Below are positions 1 through 9,980 of a DNA stretch of 64,000 bases, one piece after another. Origin of the DNA: Eledone cirrhosa (lineage: Eukaryota). Location of the stretch: assembly GCA_964016885.1 (NCBI GenBank), contig OZ024742.1, positions 164,796,001 through 164,860,000 of the forward strand. The letters are read 5' to 3'. The stretch's first letter is position 1, and the number at the start of each line of letters is the position of its first letter. The translations under genes were made by a program, and so were the position numbers. The notes under the pieces were generated by a model that was given only the letters and a program-made list of their open reading frames with translations, was not told the DNA's origin and searched no databases.

Positions 1-127
1 GCTGGAAATTATCTCCCCTTGGAGGCTGGAATTTATCTCCCCTTGGACGGCTAGAAATTACCTCTCCTTGGACGGCTGGAAAATATGTCTCCTTGGACGG
101 CTGGATATTATCTACCCTTGGACGGCT

Positions 128-152
128 GGAAATTATCTCCCCTTGGACGGCT
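128..152 (+). repeat. Representative type A monomer, 25 bp: GGAAATTATCTCCCCTTGGACGGCT
   Basis: Read directly; it is followed immediately by another copy starting at 153. 13/25 GC with one CpG and no stop codon in any + frame. Confidence 0.97.
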
Positions 153-314
153 GGAAATTATCTCCCCTTGGACGGCTAGATATTACCTCCCCTTGGACGG
201 CTGGAAATTATCTCCCCTTGATTTTTTTTACAAATTATCTCCCCCTGATTTTTTTTTACGAATTATCTCCCCCTGATTTTTTTTTACAAATTATCTCCGC
301 CTGATTTTTTTTTA

Positions 315-455
315 AAATTATCTCCCCTTGAACGGCTGGAAATTATCTCCCCTTGGACGGCTGGAAATTATCTCCCCTTGGACGGCTAGAAATTACCTCT
401 CCTTGGACGGCTGAAAATTATCTCCCCTTGGACGGCTGCAAATTATCTCCCCTTG
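315..455 (+). repeat. A-cassette class III (5 monomers)
   Basis: TTGAACGGCTGG > canonical > GGCTAGAAATTACCTCTCC > GGCTGAAAATT > GGCTGCAAATT > TTGATTTTTTAACAAA; also at about 5500, 6540, 12050, 14395, 16805, 17845, 20795 and later. Confidence 0.88.
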
Positions 456-949
456 ATTTTTTTAACAAATTATCTCCCCCTGATTTTTTTTTACAAATTA
501 TCTCCCCCTGATTTTTTTTTACAAATTATCTACGCCTAATTTTTTTTACAAATTATCTCCCCCTGATTTTTTTTACAAATTATCTCCCCCTGATTTTTTT
601 TACAAATTATCTCCCCCTGATTTTTTTTTACAAATTATCTCCCCCTGATTTTTTTACAAATTATCTCCCCCCTGATTTTTTTTACAATCTCCGCCTGATT
701 TTTTTAAAAATTATCTTCCCTTGGCTGGCAGGAAATTATCTCCCCTTGGACGGCTGAAAATTATCTCCCCTTGGACGGCTGGAAATTATCTCCCCTTGAT
801 TTTTTTTACAAATTATCTCCCCCTGATTTTTTTTTACAAATTATCTCCCCCTGATTTTTTTTACAAATTATCTCCCCCTGATTTTTTTTTACAAATTATC
901 TGCCCCTGATTTTTTTTACAAATTATCTCCCCCTGATTTTTTTACAAAT

Positions 950-1185
950 TATCTCCCCTTGGCTGGCTGGAAATTATCTCCCCTTGGAGGCTGGAATTTA
1001 TCTCCCCTTGGACGGCTAGAAATTACCTCTCCTTGGACGGCTGGAAAATATTTCTCCTTGGACGGCTGGATATTATCTACCCTTGGACGGGTGGAAATTA
1101 TCTCCCCTTGGACGGCTGGAAATTATCTCCCCTTGGACGGCTAGATATTACCTCCCCTTGGACGGCTGGAAATTATCTACCCTTG
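950..1185 (+). repeat. A-cassette class I (about 9 monomers, about 225-250 bp) with a fixed order of variants
   Basis: Order is TTGGCTGGCTGG > TTGGAGGCTGGAATTT > GGCTAGAAATTACCTCTCC > GGAAAATAT(G/T)TCTCC > GGATATTATCTACCC > 1-2 canonical > GGCTAGATATTACCTCCCC > canonical > B run. It recurs dozens of times (the 'MAGWKLSPLGGWNL' pseudo-ORFs). Confidence 0.92.
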
Positions 1186-1384
1186 ATTTTTTTTACAAAT
1201 TATCTCCCCCTGATTTTTTTTACAAATTATCTCCACCTGATTTTTTTACAAATTATCTCCCCCTGATTTTTTTTACAAATTATCTCCCCCTGATTTTTTT
1301 TTTACAAATTATCTCCCCCTGATTTTTTTACAAATTATCTCCCCCTGATTTTTTTTACAAATTATCTCCGCCTGATTTTTTTAA

Positions 1385-1475
1385 ATATTATCTTCCCTTG
1401 GCTGGCGGGAAATTATCTCCCCTTGGACGGCTGAAAATTATCTCCCCTTGGACGGCTGGAAATTATCTCCCCTTG
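1385..1475 (+). repeat. A-cassette class II (2-3 monomers)
   Basis: AAATATTATCTTCCCTTGGCTGGCGGG > GGCTGAAAATT > canonical > B run, typically preceded by a CTCCGCCT B variant; also at about 2030, 3725, 4540, 7610, 15535, 19455. Confidence 0.88.
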
Positions 1476-2589
1476 ATTTTTTTTACAAATTATCTCCCCC
1501 TGATTATTTTTTACAAATTATCTTTCCCTGATTTTTTTTTACAAATTATCTCCCCCTGATTTTTTATACAAATTATCTCCCCCTGATTTTTTTACAAATT
1601 ATCTCCCCTTGGCTGGCTGGAAATTATCTCCCCTTGGAGGCTGGAATTTATCTCCCCTTGGACGGCTGGAAATTATCTCTCCTTGGACGGCTAGTAATTA
1701 CCTCTCCTTGGACGGCTGGAAAATATGTCTCGTTGGAGGGCTGGAAATTATCTCCCCTTGGACGGCTGGAAATTATCTCCCCTTGGACGGCTGGAAATTA
1801 TCTCTCCTTGGACGGCTAGAAATTACCTCTCCTTGGACGGCTGAAAATTATCTCCCCTTGGACGGCTAGATATTACCTCCCCTTGGACGGCTGGAAATTA
1901 TCTCCCCTTGATTTTTTTTACAAATTATCTCCCCCTGATTTTTTTTACAAATTATCTCCACCTGATTTTTTTACAAATTATCTCCCCCTGATTTTTTTTA
2001 CAAATTATCTCCGCCTAATTTTTTTAAATATTATCTTCCCTTGGCTGGCGGGAAATTATCTCCCCTTGGACGGCTGAAAATTATCTCCCCTTGGACGGCT
2101 GGAAATTATCTCCCCTTGATTTTTTTTACAAATTATCTCCCCCTGATTTTTTTTTACAAATTATCTCCCCCTGATTTTTTTTTACAAATTATCTCCCCCT
2201 GATTTTTTTTTACAAATTATCTCCCCCTGATTTTTTTTACAAATTATCTCCCCTTGGCTGGCTGGAAATTATCTCCCCTTGGAGGCTGGAATTTATCTCC
2301 CCTTGGACGGCTAGAAATTACCTCTCCTTGGACGGCTGGAAAATATGTCCTTGGACGGCTGGATATTATCTACCCTTGGACGGCTGGAAATTATCTCCCC
2401 TTGGACGGCTGGAAATTATCTCCCCTTGGAGGCTGGAATTTATCTCCCCTTGGACGGCTAGAAATTACCTCTCCTTGGACGGCTGGAAAATATGTCCTTG
2501 GACGGCTGGATATTACCTCCCCTTGGACGGCTGGAAATTATCTCCCCTTGATTTTTTTTACAAATAATCTCCCCCTGATTTTTTTTACA

Positions 2590-3000
2590 AATCTAATGAT
2601 TTTTTAAAAAAAATTATCTCCCCTTCGCTGGCTGGAAATTATCTCCCCTTCGCTGGCTGGAAATTATCTCCCCTTGGACGCTGGAAATTATAGCCCCTTG
2701 GAGGGCTGGAAATTATCTTCCCTTGGACGGCTGGAAATTATCTCCCCTTGGCTCGAAATTATCTCCCCTTGGACGGCTAGAAATTATCTCTCTTTGGACG
2801 GCTGGAAATTATCTCCCTTTGATTTTTTTTACAAATTATCTCCCCCTGATTTTTTTTACAAATCTCCCCCTGATTTTTTAAAAAAAATTATCTCCCCTTC
2901 GCTGTCTGGAAATTATCTCCCCTTGGACACTGGAAATTATAGCCCCTTGGAGGGCTGGAAATTATCTTCCCTTGGACGGCTGGAAATTATCTCTGCTTGA
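2590..3000 (+). repeat. Divergent landmark block (about 410 bp) of atypical monomers
   Basis: Contains AATCTAATGAT, TTCGCTGGCTGG, GGACGCTGG, TTATAGCCCC, GGCTCGAAATT, GGACACTGG and CTCTGCTTGA. Full copies at about 8812-9222, 45741-46150 and 55234-55643; partial copy at about 59488-59562. Confidence 0.9.
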
Positions 3001-4197
3001 TTTTTTTTACAAATTATCTCCCCCTGATTTTTTTTTACAAATTATCCCCCCCGATTTTTTTTACAAATTATCTCCCCCTGATTTTTTTTACAAATTATCT
3101 CCCCTTGGACGGCTGGAAATTATCTCCCCTTGGACGGCTGGAAATTATCTCCCCTTGGACGGCTAGAAATTACCTCTCCTTGGACGACTGAAAATTATCT
3201 CCCCTTGGACGGCTGCAAATTATCTCCCCTTGATTTTTTTTACAAATTATCTCCGCCTGATTTTTTTTTTAAAATTATCTCCCCTTGGACGGCTGGAAAT
3301 TACCTCCCCTTGGACGGCTGGAAATTATCTCCCCTTGGACGGCTAGAAATTACCTCTCATTGGACGGCTGAAAATTATCTCCCCTTGGACGGCTGGAAAT
3401 TATCTCCCCTTGATTTTTTTTTACAAATTATCTCCCCCTGATTTTTTTTTACAAATTATCTCCCCCTGATTTTTTTTTTACAAATTATCTCCGCCTGATT
3501 TTTTTTTAAAATTATCTCTCCTTGGACGGCTGGATATTATCTCCCCTTTCATTTTTTTTACAAATTATCTCCCCCTGATTTTTTTTTACAAATTATCTCC
3601 CCCTGATTTTTTTTTACAAATTATCTACCCCTAATTTTTTTTTACAAATTATCTCCCCCTGATTTTTTTACAAATTATCTCCCCCTGATTTTTTTTACAA
3701 ATTATCTCCGCCTGATTTTTTTAAATATTATCTTCTCTTGGCTGGCGGGAAATTATCTCCCCTTGGACGGCTGAAAATTATCTCCCCTTGGACGGCTGGA
3801 AATTATCTCCCCTTGATTTTTTTTACAAATTATCTCCCCCTGATTTTTTTTTACAAATTATCTCCCCCTGATTTTTTTTACAAATTATCTCCCCCTGATT
3901 TTTTTTTACAAATTATCTCCCCCTGATTTTTTTTACAAATTATCTCCCCCTGATTTTTTTACAAATTATCTCCCCTTGGCTGGCTGGAAATTATCTCCCC
4001 TTGGAGGCTGGAATTTATCTCCCCTTGGACGGCTAGAAATTACCTCTCCTTGGACGGCTGGAAAATATGTCCTTGGACGGCTGGATATTATCTACCCTTG
4101 GACGGCTGGAAATTATCTCCCCTTGGACGGCTGGAAATTATCTCCCCTTGGACGGCTAGATATTACCTCCCCTTGGACGGCTGGAAATTATCTCCCC

Positions 4198-4545
4198 TTG
4201 ATTTTTTTTACAAATTATCCCCCCCTGATTTTTTTTTACAAATTATCTCCCCCTGATTTTTTTTTACAAATTATCTACCCCTGATTTTTTTTTACAAATT
4301 ATCTCCCCCTGATTTTTTTTACAAATTATCTCTCCCTGATTTTTTTTTACAAATTATCTCCCCCTGATTTTTTTTTACAAATTATCTACCCCTGATTTTT
4401 TTTTACAAATTATCTCCCCCTGATTTTTTTTACAAATTATCTCCCCCTGATTTTTTTTACAAATTATCTCCCCCTGATTTTTTTACAAATTATCTCCCCC
4501 CGATTTTTTTTACAAATTATCTCCGCCTAATTTTTTTAAATATTT
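4198..4545 (+). repeat. Long run of type B monomers (ACAAATTATCTCCCCCTGA + T7-T9), about 13 copies; representative of type B blocks
   Basis: Read directly. Equivalent long B runs are at about 10746-11095, 42030-42380, 47402-47755, 51525-51875, 56690-57040 and 60790-61140. Confidence 0.93.
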
Positions 4546-7500
4546 TCTTCCCTTGGCTGGCGGGAAATTATCTCCCCTTGGACGGCTGAAAATTATCTCC
4601 CCTTGGACGGCTGGAAATTATCTCCCCTTGATTTTTTTACAAATTATCTCCCCCTGATTATTTTTTACAAATTATCTCCCCCTGATTTTTTTTTACAAAT
4701 TATCTCCCTCTGATTTTTTTTACAAATTATCTCCCCTTGGCTGGCTGGAAATTATCTCCCCTTGGAGGCTGGAATTTATCTCCACTTGGACGGTTAGAAA
4801 TTACCTCTCCTTGGACTGCTGGAAAATATGTCTCCTTGGACGGCTGGAAATTATCTCCCCTTGGACGGCTGGAAATTATCTCCCCTTGGACGGCTGGAAA
4901 TTATCTCTCCTCGGACGACTAGAAATTACCTCTCCTTGGACAGCTGAAAATTATCTCCCCTTGGACGGCTGGAAATTATCTCCCCTTGATTTTTTTTACA
5001 AATTATCTCCCCGATTTTTTTTTACAAATTATCTCCCCCTGATTTTTTTTTACAAATTATCTCCCCCTGATTTTTTTTACAAATTATCTCCCCCTGATAT
5101 TTTTTACAAATTATCTCCCCCTGATTTTTTAACAAATTATCTCCCCTTGGCTGGCTGGAAATTATCTCCCCTTGGAGGCTGGAATTTATCTCCCCTTGGA
5201 CGGCTAGAAATTACCTCGCCTTGGACGGCTGGAAAATATGTCTCCTTGGACGGCTGGAAATTATCTCCCCTTGGACGGCTGGAAATTATCTCCCCTTGGA
5301 CGGCTGGAAATTATCTCCCTTTGGACGGCTAGATATTACCTCCCCTTGGACGGCTGGAAATTATCTCCCCTTGATTTTTTTTACAAATTATCTCCCCCTG
5401 ATTTTTTTTTACAAATTATCTCCCCCTGATTTTTTTTTACGAATTATCTCCCCCTGATTTTTTTTTACAAATTATCTCCGCCTGATTTTTTTTTTAAAAT
5501 TATCTCCCCTTGAACGGCTGGAAATTATCTCCCCTTGGACGGCTGGAAATTATCTCCCCTTGGACGGCTAGAAATTACCTCTCCTTGGACGGCTGAAAAT
5601 TATCTCCCCTTGGACGGCTGCAAATTATCTCCCCTTGATTTTTTAACAAATTATCTCCCCCTGATTTTTTTTTACAAATTATCTCCCCCTGATTTTTTTT
5701 TACAAATTATCTCCCCCTGATTTTTTTTTACAAATTATCTCCCCCTGATTTTTTTTACAATCTCCGCCTGATTTTTTAAAAAATTATCTTCCCTTGGCTG
5801 GCGGGAAATTATCTCCCCTTGGACGGCTGGAAATTATCTCCCCTTGATTTTTTTACAAATTATCTCCCCCTGATTTTTTTTACAAATTATCTCCCCCTGA
5901 TTTTATGTTACAAATTATCTCCCCCTGATTTTTTTACAAATTATCTCCCCCTGATTTTTTTTACAAATTATCTCCGCCTGATTTTTTTAAATATTATCTT
6001 CCCTTGGCTGGCGGGAAATTATCTCCCCTTGGACGGCTGGAAATTATCTCCCCTTGATTTTTTTTACAAATTATCTCCCCCTGATTTTTTTTTACAAATT
6101 ATCTCCCCCTGATTTTTTTTTACAAATTATCTCCCCCTGATTTTTTTTTACAAATTATCTCCCCCTGATTTTTTTTTACAAATCTCCCCCTGATTTTTTT
6201 ATAAATTATCTCCCCTTGGCTGGCTGGAAATTATCTCCCCTTGGAGGCTGGAATTTATCTCCCCTTGGACGGCTAGAAATTACCTCTCCTTGGATGGCTG
6301 GAAAATATGTCTCCTTGGACGGCTGGATATTATCTACCCTTGGACGGCTGGAAATTATCTCCCCTTGGACGGCTGGAAATTATCTCCCCTTGGACGGCTA
6401 GATATTACCTCCCCTTGGACGGCTGGAAATTATCTCCCCTTGATTTTTTTTACAAATTATCTCCCCCTGATTTTTTTTTACGAATTATCTCCCCCTGATT
6501 TTTTTTTACAAATTATCTCCGCCTGATTTTTTTTTAAAATTATCTCCCCTTGAACGGCTGGAAATTATCTCCCCTTGGACGGCTGGAAATTATCTCCCCA
6601 TGGACGGCTAGAAATTACCTCTCCTTGGACGGCTGAAAATTATCTCCCCTTGGACGGCTGCAAATTATCTCCCCTTGATTTTTTTAACAAATTATCTCCC
6701 CCTGATTTTTTTTTACAAATTATCTCCCCCTGATTTTTTTTTACAAATTATCTACGCCTAATTTTTTTTACAAATTATCTCCCCCTGATTTTTTTTACAA
6801 ATTATCTCCCCCTGATTTTTTTTACAAATTATCTCCCCCTGATTTTTTTTTACAAATTATCTCCCCCTGATTTTTTTACAAATTATCTCCCCCCTGATTT
6901 TTTTTACAATCTCCGCCTGATTTTTTTAAAAATTATCTTCCCTTGGCTGGCAGGAAATTATCTCCCCTTGGACGGCTGAAAATTATCTCCCCTTGGACGG
7001 CTGGAAATTATCTCCCCTTGATTTTTTTTACAAATTATCTCCCCCTGATTTTTTTTTACAAATTATCTCCCCCTGATTTTTTTTACAAATTATCTCCCCC
7101 TGATTTTTTTTTACAAATTATCTGCCCCTGATTTTTTTTACAAATTATCTCCCCCTGATTTTTTTACAAATTATCTCCCCTTGGCTGGCTGGAAATTATC
7201 TCCCCTTGGAGGCTGGAATTTATCTCCCCTTGGACGGCTAGAAATTACCTCTCCTTGGACGGCTGGAAAATATTTCTCCTTGGACGGCTGGATATTATCT
7301 ACCCTTGGACGGGTGGAAATTATCTCCCCTTGGACGGCTGGAAATTATCTCCCCTTGGACGGCTAGATATTACCTCCCCTTGGACGGCTGGAAATTATCT
7401 ACCCTTGATTTTTTTTACAAATTATCTCCCCCTGATTTTTTTTACAAATTATCTCCACCTGATTTTTTTACAAATTATCTCCCCCTGATTTTTTTTACAA

Positions 7501-9807
7501 ATTATCTCCCCCTGATTTTTTTTTTACAAATTATCTCCCCCTGATTTTTTTACAAATTATCTCCCCCTGATTTTTTTTACAAATTATCTCCGCCTGATTT
7601 TTTTAAATATTATCTTCCCTTGGCTGGCGGGAAATTATCTCCCCTTGGACGGCTGAAAATTATCTCCCCTTGGACGGCTGGAAATTATCTCCCCTTGATT
7701 TTTTTTACAAATTATCTCCCCCTGATTATTTTTTACAAATTATCTTTCCCTGATTTTTTTTTACAAATTATCTCCCCCTGATTTTTTATACAAATTATCT
7801 CCCCCTGATTTTTTTACAAATTATCTCCCCTTGGCTGGCTGGAAATTATCTCCCCTTGGAGGCTGGAATTTATCTCCCCTTGGACGGCTGGAAATTATCT
7901 CTCCTTGGACGGCTAGTAATTACCTCTCCTTGGACGGCTGGAAAATATGTCTCGTTGGAGGGCTGGAAATTATCTCCCCTTGGACGGCTGGAAATTATCT
8001 CCCCTTGGACGGCTGGAAATTATCTCTCCTTGGACGGCTAGAAATTACCTCTCCTTGGACGGCTGAAAATTATCTCCCCTTGGACGGCTAGATATTACCT
8101 CCCCTTGGACGGCTGGAAATTATCTCCCCTTGATTTTTTTTACAAATTATCTCCCCCTGATTTTTTTTACAAATTATCTCCACCTGATTTTTTTACAAAT
8201 TATCTCCCCCTGATTTTTTTTACAAATTATCTCCGCCTAATTTTTTTAAATATTATCTTCCCTTGGCTGGCGGGAAATTATCTCCCCTTGGACGGCTGAA
8301 AATTATCTCCCCTTGGACGGCTGGAAATTATCTCCCCTTGATTTTTTTTACAAATTATCTCCCCCTGATTTTTTTTTACAAATTATCTCCCCCTGATTTT
8401 TTTTTACAAATTATCTCCCCCTGATTTTTTTTTACAAATTATCTCCCCCTGATTTTTTTTACAAATTATCTCCCCTTGGCTGGCTGGAAATTATCTCCCC
8501 TTGGAGGCTGGAATTTATCTCCCCTTGGACGGCTAGAAATTACCTCTCCTTGGACGGCTGGAAAATATGTCCTTGGACGGCTGGATATTATCTACCCTTG
8601 GACGGCTGGAAATTATCTCCCCTTGGACGGCTGGAAATTATCTCCCCTTGGAGGCTGGAATTTATCTCCCCTTGGACGGCTAGAAATTACCTCTCCTTGG
8701 ACGGCTGGAAAATATGTCCTTGGACGGCTGGATATTACCTCCCCTTGGACGGCTGGAAATTATCTCCCCTTGATTTTTTTTACAAATAATCTCCCCCTGA
8801 TTTTTTTTACAAATCTAATGATTTTTTAAAAAAAATTATCTCCCCTTCGCTGGCTGGAAATTATCTCCCCTTCGCTGGCTGGAAATTATCTCCCCTTGGA
8901 CGCTGGAAATTATAGCCCCTTGGAGGGCTGGAAATTATCTTCCCTTGGACGGCTGGAAATTATCTCCCCTTGGCTCGAAATTATCTCCCCTTGGACGGCT
9001 AGAAATTATCTCTCTTTGGACGGCTGGAAATTATCTCCCTTTGATTTTTTTTACAAATTATCTCCCCCTGATTTTTTTTACAAATCTCCCCCTGATTTTT
9101 TAAAAAAAATTATCTCCCCTTCGCTGTCTGGAAATTATCTCCCCTTGGACACTGGAAATTATAGCCCCTTGGAGGGCTGGAAATTATCTTCCCTTGGACG
9201 GCTGGAAATTATCTCTGCTTGATTTTTTTTACAAATTATCTCCCCCTGATTTTTTTTTACAAATTATCCCCCCCGATTTTTTTTACAAATTATCTCCCCC
9301 TGATTTTTTTTACAAATTATCTCCCCTTGGACGGCTGGAAATTATCTCCCCTTGGACGGCTGGAAATTATCTCCCCTTGGACGGCTAGAAATTACCTCTC
9401 CTTGGACGACTGAAAATTATCTCCCCTTGGACGGCTGCAAATTATCTCCCCTTGATTTTTTTTACAAATTATCTCCGCCTGATTTTTTTTTTAAAATTAT
9501 CTCCCCTTGGACGGCTGGAAATTACCTCCCCTTGGACGGCTGGAAATTATCTCCCCTTGGACGGCTAGAAATTACCTCTCATTGGACGGCTGAAAATTAT
9601 CTCCCCTTGGACGGCTGGAAATTATCTCCACTTGATTTTTTTTTACAAATTATCTCCCCCTGATTTTTTTTTACAAATTATCTCCCCCTGATTTTTTTTA
9701 CAAATTATCTCCCCCTGATTTTTTTTACAAATTATCTCCCCCTGATTTTTTTACAAATTATCTCCCCCCTGATTTTTTTTACAATCTCCGCCTGATTTTT
9801 TTAAAAA

Positions 9808-9980
9808 TTATCTTCCCTTGGCTGGCGGGAAATTATCTCCCCTTGGACGGCTGGAAATTATATCCCCTTGGAAGGATGGAAATTATCTCCCCTTGGACGG
9901 CTGGAAATTATCTCCCCTTGGACGGCTGGAAATTACCTCCCCTTGGACAGCTGGAAATTATCTGCCCTTGATTTTGTTTT
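9808..9980 (+). repeat. A-cassette class IV (about 6 monomers)
   Basis: CTTCCCTTGGCTGGCGGG > ATTATATCCCC > TTGGAAGGATGG > canonical x2 > GGACAGCTGG > ATCTGCCCTTGATTTTGTTTTT; matches the 'WKDG' pseudo-ORFs at 9818, 14800, 18250, 18718, 23429, 27038, 32199, 35805, 36273, 39427, 40862, 43655, 45010, 50355, 53148, 54503, 62495. Confidence 0.88.

Noticed and set aside
128-145. NF-kB-like site in GGAAATTATCTCCCC
   Set aside because: It does not fit the 10-bp GGGRNWYYCC spacing on either strand.
2620-2660. Possible CENP-B box at TTCGCTGGCTGG
   Set aside because: Only TTCG matches; the rest of the NTTCGNNNNANNCGGGN pattern is absent.
4198-4545. Poly-T tracts as intrinsic terminators or retroposon poly(A) tails
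   Set aside because: There is no preceding GC hairpin, element body or target-site duplication; the tracts are an integral part of monomer B.
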